Assembly (NCBI GenBank): GCA_940747215.1
Contig: CALNWS010000019.1
Span: forward strand, 476-64,475
Reading direction: 5' to 3'
Origin: an uncultured Paraburkholderia sp.
GTDB taxonomy: Bacteria; Pseudomonadota; Gammaproteobacteria; Burkholderiales; Burkholderiaceae
Length of the DNA stretch: 64,000 bases
Both the position numbers and the translations under genes were made by a program. A model generated the notes under the pieces. The model made no database searches. It was not told the origin of the DNA and saw nothing but the letters and a program-made list of their open reading frames with translations. Positions 28,973-37,055 of this stretch are shown here, piece after piece (positions within the stretch are counted from its first letter, which is position 1; each line of letters opens with the position of its first letter).

Positions 28973-29964
28973 TTAAGTTTTAACCTGGACCTTAATGGAA
29001 TCGCTGCTCTTGTCCGCCGCGAGGCGGAATGCTTCGTGAATGTCGTTCAGACTCAGTTCGTGCGTGATCATGTGACGCAAGGCGTCGCCTTTGCGGGCAA
29101 GCAGGTCGATGGCGCGCGCGAAGTCGTGTTCGCCGTCGATGCAGCCGTAGCAGTTCGGCAGATGGATTGTGAGTTCCTTGATGTGCGGCGCGATGATTTC
29201 GACGCCTCTGAAACCGTGGTCGAAAGCGCCGAGCATGCTCACCATGCCGAGCGGCCGCACGAACTGGCATGCGTAGTCGAGCGTATCTGCCGTGCCGCCT
29301 ACGGCTTCCATCGCGAAGTGCGCGCCGAGGCCGCTGGTTGCCGTCTGCACCATGCCGAGCGCTTCGGCACGATCGGCGGGCATAATCGCTTCCGCGCCCA
29401 TCGCGAGCGCGGCGAGGCCAATCGAGCCTGCGCCGATCACCATGCCGACCATGCCCGGCTCGATACACATCTTGCGGCACGTATGCACGTCTACCGCAAC
29501 GGGCTCGACGATCGCGCCGAGGTGATCGTCCACTGCATCGGGCAGCGGGAAAACGCCGGCTTCCTTCGTGCGCACGAATTCGGCAAAGCCGCCGCCGAAC
29601 GGAAACTCTCTCGCGCGGTAATGAATCGGCGTGCCGAGCTTGCAGTATTCGCAGACGCCGCATGCGGCGCCGAGCACCATGTCGATGGTGACGCGTTGGC
29701 CCACCCGGAACATCGTCGCGCCGACGCCGGTTTGCGCCGCCGTGCCGCTCAGTTCGTGGCCGCCGGGAAAATGCTGCTGCGCTTCGGTTCGATAAGCGTG
29801 CAGGTCGCTGCCGCAAATGCCCGCATTGGCCACCTTGACGACCACCGTGCCGGGCAACGCTTCCGGTATCGGCATCTGGATACGGCCATGGTGCGCAGCC
29901 CGGTCTGCAACCCCGCGCACATGGTGCCTTGCTCGCCGTGTTGCAGTTCGCTTGTCGACGTCAT
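28973..29964 (-). pseudogene. Zn-dependent alcohol/polyol dehydrogenase (MDR family), probably disrupted
   Basis: The body reads ...GTVVVKVANAGICGSDLHAY...GGHELSG...CGVCEYCKLG...GAGSIGLAAL.... A strong RBS (GGAGA) and the ATG at 29964 (MTSTSELQHGEQGTM) are in a different frame from the body, which only opens at GTG 29920 with no RBS. The nucleotide-binding domain also looks about 25 aa short (GAGSIGLAALAMGAEAIMPADRAEALGMVQTATSGLGAHFAMEAVGG). Whether any function remains is uncertain. Confidence 0.55.
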
Positions 29965-30038
29965 CTGCAAGTCTCCTTCCTAATGTTTCTTCGAACTGGA
30001 TACAGCGTTGGTTTTTGAAAGTGCGCTTCGGGGAGCCT

Positions 30039-30926
30039 TTAGCGGGTCTTTCTGATCCAGAAACTCGCGCCGGGATTGTTCATGAAACAAGGCAATTTCC
30101 CGCGCATGGAGTCGCCGTGGAAATGGCCCATGAACGTATTCATGAGCACGATTTCAAACGTGCTGTTGTACTGAAGGAATGCACGCAGCAGATACGCTTC
30201 GTTCTACGCGCGGCCTTTGTAGATCCATTGCGCGGGATATTCGAGCGGCAGGAACACGTCGTGGAAATGGATATGGACGTCGGACGCGAGCATCGGCAGG
30301 ATTTCGAAGACGATGCGGTTCACGTCGCTATCGAGCTTGCTGACGTGCGACGAATCGACGAACAGAATGTCGTTCGCTTCGAGCTCCGTGAAGACCGACA
30401 GCAGCCGTTCGTTGTTCGGCTCGACGAACGTGCATTGAATCTTGCCGATCGAAGAAAAGATCGTTCGTGTCGAGCGAAACCGCGGACGAAAAGCCGGAGC
30501 CGATTTCGACGATACGGCGTGGCCTCAGATGACGGATCATGCAGTAGAGCGAAGTGGCATCGCCACACGAAAACATCACGTTTTCGAAATAGAAACGCAG
30601 TCCTTCCTGCTTGTGCTGACCGAAGGGCATGTCGCCATAATATTTTTCGGCGAATTCCTCGACCAGCGCGAGTTGCTTCTCTTCGTTGAAATCGATTGCA
30701 GGCAGTGTTCGCAAAACGCTATTGAAAAACCGTGCCTCGGCCTTTTTACCTCGGGGATCGAAGGGATTGGCGAATAGTAATGCCCGGGAGGCACGTTGCC
30801 GAGATTCTCGAAGTACGGAACATTCGCCCACAATTCGTCGCGGTATTTGTCGCGCTCGGCGATGAGACTGGCTACTTCGGGATATTGCGATGCTAAGGAG
30901 TTCAGGCGATCGTTCGACAAGGACAT
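30039..30926 (-). pseudogene. SAM-dependent methyltransferase (Methyltransf_24-like, HYYSPIP motif), disrupted
   Basis: MSLSNDRLNSLASQYPEVASLIAERDKYRDELWANVPYFENLGNVPPGHYYSPIPSIPEVK is followed by a frameshift in an A5/T5 run (30743-47). Then KAEARFFNSVLRTLPAIDFNEEKQLALVEEFAEKYYGDMPF...RIVEIGSGFSSAVSLDTNDLFF, then a frameshift near 30447-52. Then IGKIQCTFVEPNNERLLSVFTELEANDILFVDSSHVSKLDSDVNRIVFEILP...YKGRA, then an in-frame TAG (complement of 30203-30205, a Trp position). It ends NEAYLLRAFLQYNSTFEIVLM.... Confidence 0.72.
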
Positions 30927-31376
30927 CTAGGATCTCCAACCGGATGGGTGTCGTGAGGACAATGCGCGGTTGCGGCACTCAGGCGCGAAATTCAAGCCGT
31001 TTGAATCGGTAAGTCACAGGCAGTCTAACTTACCTTTGCTTACTTCAGAAAGTCGTTTGGGCCATTGCGCTGCGCTTTGCTTAGGACGCGAGCGAAATTG
31101 CAAAGCTGTAAGAGATCGGTGTTACGCATACTTACAAATTGCCGGCTGCCGAGCCGTTTTGCATGGGCCACGTCGTCCTCGCGCCCGTTACGTCTGGTAG
31201 CGCTTTGACGCCATGACGGGCCGTTTGCACGATGATTTGGCGTAAAATCAGAAGCCCGCCGATAGGGGGGTTGGAGCGATTTTCGCGGGCCGCCGCGTCA
31301 GCGCGATTGCGCTGTACGAGCGGGCGGTGCCAAGCGCTCACCTTACTGGACGAACCGGGACGGAGCCCGCACCTTA
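30927..31376. promoter_or_regulatory. Divergent intergenic region (AT-richer by eye), probable promoter region for the 31377-34908 block
   Basis: A 450-nt non-coding gap between a minus-strand and a plus-strand gene. No convincing ORF. No promoter boxes were assigned. Confidence 0.3.
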
Positions 31377-32366
31377 ATGCATTTCAGGATTCTTCTGACC
31401 ACTCACAGCACCGCGTTCATGACGAGCGGCGGGGGTGAGTCAGAACTCGTGCAGGTTGCCGAGTTGCTCAACGACGCCGGCGTGCAGGCGGACATCTACG
31501 GTATCCGCAGCAGGCCGCTGCGCTTTTACGACGCGGTCATGCATTTCTCCGTGAATGCCGACGGCGAGGCGATGATCCGCGAGATCGTGCAGTACGGCAA
31601 AACGTTGCTGCTGTGGCCGAACGTGTGGTGGCTCACGCCGCCCGACGCCGCCGAAATCGCGCGGATCGAGAGCATCGCGCGGCGCGCGGACCGGCTCTTC
31701 TTCAAGTCGGTCACCGAGCGCGATCACTTCCTCACGTACATCGCGGTCGAGCCCGCCAAGTGCTCGGTGGTCGGCACCGGCATATCTGACCGGTTCCTCG
31801 CGCCGGCCGATAAAGATTTACTGCCCACGGTCTGCGACGTCTCCGATTACGTGCTGTGTCTCGGCCTTATCGAGCCGATGAAAAACCAGCTCGAACTCAT
31901 TCGCGCGCTCAACAGCCTCGAACTGAACGGCCTGATGATGGGCGGCTTCAGAGATGAGGCGTATTACCGGCGGTGCGTGGCCGAGGCGCATCGCGGCATC
32001 CATTTTCTGCCGTTCATCCAGCCGTGCAGCGCGCTTCTGCGCTCGGCGTTCGCCAACGCGCTGGTGGTGGCCGAGCCGAGCTTCGATCCGCCGGGGCGTT
32101 CGTGCCTCGAGGGCGCGTACATGAAGAAGCCGCTTGTCATGGTAGATGGGGATTGGCAACGCGAACACTTCGATGACAATGTCTGGTACACGGCGTCTAC
32201 TAGCGCATCGGACATCGTTCCCGCCATCCGCGCGGCACTTGCCGACGCGAGCCGGGACGAGAAGATCGAAAGCAACTACGAATGCGTCTATGCACGGCAC
32301 TCGTCGAGCACGGTAGCAACTGATCTTATCAAATACCTGATCGATGCCGGCCTCACAAACTACTAA
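31377..32366 (+). CDS. Glycosyltransferase, GT-B fold (GT4-like)
   Basis: 329 aa. MHFRILLTTHSTAFMTSGGGESELVQV... is a typical GT4 N-terminus. The C-terminal half carries ...EPSFDPPGRSCLEGAYMKKPLV. Uninterrupted. Confidence 0.75.
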   Translation: MHFRILLTTHSTAFMTSGGGESELVQVAELLNDAGVQADIYGIRSRPLRFYDAVMHFSVNADGEAMIREIVQYGKTLLLWPNVWWLTPPDAAEIARIESIARRADRLFFKSVTERDHFLTYIAVEPAKCSVVGTGISDRFLAPADKDLLPTVCDVSDYVLCLGLIEPMKNQLELIRALNSLELNGLMMGGFRDEAYYRRCVAEAHRGIHFLPFIQPCSALLRSAFANALVVAEPSFDPPGRSCLEGAYMKKPLVMVDGDWQREHFDDNVWYTASTSASDIVPAIRAALADASRDEKIESNYECVYARHSSSTVATDLIKYLIDAGLTNY

Positions 32367-33429
32367 GGTTTTCCGTCTGTTGGTGGTTCAGCGGCGCTCC
32401 ATGACCGATGGGCGAATGAAATCCCGCACCATCGGTGCCCGGTTCGCACCATTGCTTTCGTACATGCAGCGGCATCAGCTGATCGAATGGGAGCAGATTT
32501 CCGAGGAAGAGGTGGGCATCAGCTACCTGCATCGTTTCGATGTGGTGCTTTTCAACAAGCACGTCTCGAACGGTTCGCTGAAAATCATGCGCATGGCCAA
32601 CGAACTCGGCCTGCACACCATTTACGATCTCGACGACTGGCTGCTCGACCTGCCTTCGTGGAGCGTCCTCGAAATGAACGAGGACGTGCTGTACAACGTG
32701 CTCGCCATGATTCGTGAAGCGAGCGCCGCCACGGCGTCGAACCACTTGCTGCAGGAGCGTATGCACAAGGTGCGCCGCTCCGAGGTGCTGACCATCCCCA
32801 ATGGTTTCGACGACCACGCGTTCGACATTTCACCCGAACTCTGGCACGAACAGCAGCCGCCGAAAATCATCTTTTCGAATCTCGACGGCATCAAGCTGAT
32901 TCATTTCCGCAAGGCGTTCTTTGCTACGTTGCGTGCGTTTCTCACGAAACACGAATCGGTGTCGATCGACTTCTGGGGCGACCCGTTTCCCGAGCTGAAT
33001 TCCATTCCGCGCGTGACGCACCGCGGCAGCCGCGGCAACATCGAGTACAAGAAGGCGATCCGCGACGAAGGCTATCTGTTCGCGATCGTGCCGCTCGGCG
33101 CGGAAGAAGACCCCGATACGCTCTTCTTCAACTCGTGCAAATCGCCGATCAAGTACGCGGACTACGGCAGTCTCGGTATTCCCGCAATCTACTCGGATTG
33201 CCCGGCGTATCGCGAGAACGTGAAGCATCTCGACACCGGCTACATCGCGGCGAATAACGCCGAAAGCTGGGAGCACGCGCTCGAAGAGATGTTCCGCAAT
33301 CATGCGCTGCGGCAGTCGATTCGCGTGAACGCATATGCGGACGTGACCGAGCGTTTTGGCGTGCGCCGTATCGCCGACATGTTCATGAACGCGTTGCCCG
33401 ATCCTACGTCACCAAGCAGCCAGACCTGA
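32344..33429 (+). CDS. Putative glycosyltransferase (GT-B-like), poorly characterised
   Basis: 361 aa. VFRLLVVQRR...ARFAPLLSYM...VVLFNKH...IYDLDDWLLDLP...; the C-terminal part reads ...CKSPIKYADYGSLGIPAIYSDCPAYRENVKHLDTGYI. The start overlaps the upstream gene by 23 nt. Alternative internal starts are possible. Confidence 0.6.
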   Translation: MPASQTTKVFRLLVVQRRSMTDGRMKSRTIGARFAPLLSYMQRHQLIEWEQISEEEVGISYLHRFDVVLFNKHVSNGSLKIMRMANELGLHTIYDLDDWLLDLPSWSVLEMNEDVLYNVLAMIREASAATASNHLLQERMHKVRRSEVLTIPNGFDDHAFDISPELWHEQQPPKIIFSNLDGIKLIHFRKAFFATLRAFLTKHESVSIDFWGDPFPELNSIPRVTHRGSRGNIEYKKAIRDEGYLFAIVPLGAEEDPDTLFFNSCKSPIKYADYGSLGIPAIYSDCPAYRENVKHLDTGYIAANNAESWEHALEEMFRNHALRQSIRVNAYADVTERFGVRRIADMFMNALPDPTSPSSQT

Positions 33430-33430
33430 T

Positions 33431-34021
33431 ATGGATTTACTTCTGATTCGCCACGGCCAGTCGCACGGCAACGTCGCAGGATTGCTCAATTCCACCGAGC
33501 AGGACGGTCTGACGGAACACGGCCTCGAACAGACCGCGAAACTTCGCGCGCTGATGGAAAGCCGCGGCATGGCGCCGGACAAGGTGTTTTCGAGCCCGTG
33601 GCTGCGCGCGTTGCAAACCACCGAAGTGCTCTTTCACGACAAAGGCGACTGGACCGTCGACGCGCGTCTCGGCGAGACCAATGCAGGCCGCTTCGCCACA
33701 TGGCGCTACGACACGTTCCGTGAAACCTATCTCGAGTTCGGCAAGCATCTGTCGGATCGCTACGAGGGCGGTGAATCGCATCTCGAACTGGCGGCGCGTT
33801 CCATCAACTGGCTCGAAGAAGAATTTCTTCCTCACGCCGAGACGCCGGGCCTGCTCGCGGCCGTGTGCCACGCAGGGCCGATTTCGGTGATTTCGCAATA
33901 TCTGCTGAACGTGCCGTTGTCGAGATTCCCGAACGTGCTCGTGCCGAATGCGTCGCTCACGGTGTTTCGCTGGAACGCGCACACGAAGAATTTCTATCTC
34001 CACATCGCAGGGCTGTCATGA
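33431..34021 (+). CDS. Histidine phosphatase family protein (phosphoglycerate-mutase-like)
   Basis: MDLLLIRHGQSHGN (the RHG motif), ...SSPWLRALQT..., ...GGESH..., ...CHAGPI. 196 aa. Confidence 0.85.
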   Translation: MDLLLIRHGQSHGNVAGLLNSTEQDGLTEHGLEQTAKLRALMESRGMAPDKVFSSPWLRALQTTEVLFHDKGDWTVDARLGETNAGRFATWRYDTFRETYLEFGKHLSDRYEGGESHLELAARSINWLEEEFLPHAETPGLLAAVCHAGPISVISQYLLNVPLSRFPNVLVPNASLTVFRWNAHTKNFYLHIAGLS

Positions 34022-34908
34022 GCGAATCAATCAGGATTTACGAACCGATCTACGCTCAGGGACAGGTTCTATCGGAGAAGTCCTTCCATGCGCTCGTGCT
34101 CAAGGACAACGCGCACGCCGCGTGGCGCGAGTTCTACATTCTGGTCGACATGTACCGGAAGGGCCTGCATCGTCAGCAGCAATTTACAGGGCTGTTCTCA
34201 CCGAAGTTTTCGCTGAAGGCGCGGATCGACGGCAAGCGTTTTCTCGATTACGTGCAGGCCGACATGGATGCCGACGTCTGCCTGATCAACCCGCTCCCGC
34301 AACTCGCGTACTTCTCATACAATGCGTGGATGCAGGGCGAGCATGCGCATCCGGGGCTCGTCGAGCGAAGCCAGTTGCTGCTCGATGCCTGCGCGATTCC
34401 GTGGACGCTGCGCGATGCGCCGCGCCAGGGTCCGGCTATGCTGTGCTACTGCAATTTCTGGGTGGGCACGGAACGGTTCTGGGAAGAGTATGTGGGCAAG
34501 GTGCTGGAGCCTATCTCGACGTTTCTCGAAACGCAAAGCAGCACGGAAGCCGCGCGCGCGGTGCTCGAACTCACCGTGCATTCCGACGACGCGCCATTTC
34601 TGCCGTTCATCGCCGAGCGCCTGTTCAGCACGTTTCTGTCGCTCACGCCCGAGCTTAAGATCGCCGCCTATCCGATCGAAGGCGACGACGTGCTCGACTA
34701 CTGCGTGAGCGATTTCGAAAAAGACATCGTCAGGTATATGCGCAAACCGGTTGAAGCCGCGGACAAGGCAGGTTCGTTCGCCGCGGATCAGATCGGCTTG
34801 ATGAACCTGCTGTGCCAGCTTTCGCAGAAATACGTGCGCTCGCATTTCTCGATCAACCCGCATCCGCACACCGGCCAGCCGATCGATTTCGACAGGAAAG
34901 GCACCTAG
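34018..34908 (+). CDS. Hypothetical protein, no recognisable family (296 aa)
   Basis: Uninterrupted ORF translationally coupled (ATGA) to the phosphatase gene. MSESIRIYEPIYAQGQVLSEKSFHALVLKDNAHAAWREFYILVDMYRKG...GLFSPKFSLKARIDG...DVCLINPLPQLAYFSYNAWMQGEHAHPG. Codon usage is consistent with its neighbours. Confidence 0.55.
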   Translation: MSESIRIYEPIYAQGQVLSEKSFHALVLKDNAHAAWREFYILVDMYRKGLHRQQQFTGLFSPKFSLKARIDGKRFLDYVQADMDADVCLINPLPQLAYFSYNAWMQGEHAHPGLVERSQLLLDACAIPWTLRDAPRQGPAMLCYCNFWVGTERFWEEYVGKVLEPISTFLETQSSTEAARAVLELTVHSDDAPFLPFIAERLFSTFLSLTPELKIAAYPIEGDDVLDYCVSDFEKDIVRYMRKPVEAADKAGSFAADQIGLMNLLCQLSQKYVRSHFSINPHPHTGQPIDFDRKGT

Positions 34909-34949
34909 GCCACATCGCCCCGGCAGCAACCCGCCGCCGGCGCGATTGG

Positions 34950-35944
34950 CTACTTTTTCGTGGCGATGAGCGTAGTGGAACTGGCGAGCGCCAGGTTTTT
35001 CTCCGGGCTCAGATTCTTGACGAACGGGCGGTCGAGCAGCGCGGGCGCACCGTTCAGCAGGTCCGCAACCGTCAGCGTCTTGAAGTCGGCGAGCGCTTCT
35101 TCGTCGAGTCCTTCCGCCCAGTCGTTTGCAATCCACACCAGCGTCCAGACCGGCGACGTAGAGATCGGCACGTACACTTTGCTCACGTCGATCGACGGCG
35201 TTAACAGATTCAGAATGCCCTTGGCCGTCATGTTGTAGTAGTGGTGCGGAAGCCGTGCGTGGGTTGCGTGAGCGGCACCACGACGACGAGATCGCCGCCC
35301 GGCTTCAGCACACGCAGCAATTCTCTAGCGGCCGTGAACGGGTCTTTCACATGCTCCAGCACTTTGAGCGACAGCACGGCGTCGAACGAGTTGTCGACGA
35401 AGGGCAGCACTTCGCCCACGCCGCGAACGTCAGTGGACGGATACGCGCTGATCTTGAAGTTGACCACGTTGTCGAATATGAGCGGGTGGCTTCCCGCGCC
35501 GCAGTCGAGAATCAGATCGTCGCGGTGATGCTCGATCACGGCGAGCGCGTCGCCGTCGTACAGATTCTCAACGATCAGCTCGGAATCGTGGATGTCGAAC
35601 TTTGCCTTCAGTTCCGGGCTGAGAAAGTCGAACAGACGTCCGTAGTCGGCATAGGGAAGGGACTTGTCCAGCAGCGCTTCGATGCGGGCGCGGCACTTTT
35701 GCCGTTCCTCACGCGCGATGTCCACGGCCTGTTTGCGATGCGCTTCCTTGTGGCCGAACAGATCGAAATGCATGTGGCCCGATGCGATCGACCCGGCGCG
35801 TACGGCTTCGGCGACATCGGCGTTGGTGGCGAGATAGGCGCGCTCGCAGAAACTCAGTCGGGTGATGGACTCCAGCGACGGCGATGATTCGTGTGCGTTG
35901 CCGTCGTGTGTGCGCAGATCTTGCATAAGGCTCCTCGTCATCAA
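34950..35944 (-). pseudogene. SAM-dependent methyltransferase (Methyltransf_11-like), single frameshift
   Basis: The 238-aa ORF reads ...LILDCGAGSHPL...FDAVLSLKVLEHVKDPFTAARELLRVLKPGGDLVVVVPLTQPTHGF and then runs into a stop. Restoring one C/G in the run at about 35246-35249 gives FPHHYYNMTAKGILNLL.... That joins it to the following 93-aa ORF (34950-35231), which has no independent RBS. Confidence 0.7.
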
Positions 35945-36011
35945 GCAAACGTTGATCGATAGTACCCAGAGTGCAGATGCGTTTATCCGCCGCCGTGGCG
36001 TTGCCAGGCCG

Positions 36012-37055
36012 TCAGGCCGCGAGGATGTGCCGCCACTCTGCGTCGCTCGCGCGTTGCAGGACGCTTTCCGCGTGGCTCACGTATGCCGGATTCACGGCGT
36101 TCAGGCTCGTTGCCTTGTCGAGGCGCGCGGCGATGTTCTCCGCCCATACGGTGAGGTCCGCCGCCGTATCGAATACACAGTCGGCGGGGCATATTTCCTG
36201 AGCCGCCGTGCCGCCGCGCACGAACACCGGCTTGCCGAAGTGCATGGCTTCGAGAACCGGCACGCAGAAACCCTCGTGACGGCTCATCGCGAGCAGGGCG
36301 CTCGCGCCGTCGTAGCAGTCGAACAGATCGGCGTCGTCGAGCATGCCTTTGAAGTCGACCTGTTCGAGCACGCCGAGCGCACGCGCACGGTTGATCAGGA
36401 ACTTCAGATAGTCGTAGTTCGGCGCGCTGCCGACGATGGTGAGCGTTGCGTCGATGTCGTGCTGCTTCAGCAGCGCAAGCAGGTCGATGGCGTCGTCGAT
36501 ACGCTTGTGCGGCACCACGCGGCCGACTATCAGCAGATTCGGTTCGCGCAGCGGCGCGTGCTTTTGCGCGGGCGCGAGCACGAACGCCACCATGTCGGCG
36601 AAGATCGGCGGAATTACCTTGACTTCCGGCATGTTCGCGACGTCCGCGAGACTCTGCGCGGTTTGCTGCGAATTCGCGATCACGGCGTCGAAGCCCGCGA
36701 GCAGCGGCAACTGCCTGAGCGCCGCCTCGCACAGGTCCGCGATTCGCGGCTCGAACTCGCGCAGCAGATGCGGATCGGTCACGCCGTGGAAATAGCAGAC
36801 CTTTTTGCACGGCAACGCGAGAAAGCGTTCGAGATTCGCGTCGTAAATCGAGTAGCTCAGAAGAACAATGTCGTCTTTGTGCGTGCTCGTGAACACCTCT
36901 TCGAGCGGACGAACGCCCGGCGTACTGAAGTCGTAGCTTTTAGCGTACACCTCGGTCTGGATGCCGAGGCGTTCAGCCGCGCGGGCGATGCCGAGGCAGT
37001 GGTTGCCCACTGCGTCGCCTGCAAAGATATCCAGAGCACACACATGGAGGATCAT
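36012..37055 (-). CDS. Glycosyltransferase family 4 (GT-B)
   Basis: MILHVCALDIFAGDAVGNHCLGIAR... and ...SRHEGFCVPVLEAMHFGKPVFVRGGTAAQEI (EX7E). Its ATG overlaps the stop of the upstream 914-aa gene (ATGA). Confidence 0.8.
   Translation of the reverse strand: MILHVCALDIFAGDAVGNHCLGIARAAERLGIQTEVYAKSYDFSTPGVRPLEEVFTSTHKDDIVLLSYSIYDANLERFLALPCKKVCYFHGVTDPHLLREFEPRIADLCEAALRQLPLLAGFDAVIANSQQTAQSLADVANMPEVKVIPPIFADMVAFVLAPAQKHAPLREPNLLIVGRVVPHKRIDDAIDLLALLKQHDIDATLTIVGSAPNYDYLKFLINRARALGVLEQVDFKGMLDDADLFDCYDGASALLAMSRHEGFCVPVLEAMHFGKPVFVRGGTAAQEICPADCVFDTAADLTVWAENIAARLDKATSLNAVNPAYVSHAESVLQRASDAEWRHILAA

Noticed and set aside
34950-35231. The 93-aa ORF as an independent small protein.
   Set aside because: It has no RBS. 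Its ATG overlaps the stop of the upstream truncated methyltransferase. Restoring one base fuses the two into a full-length methyltransferase with the expected HHYYN motif.
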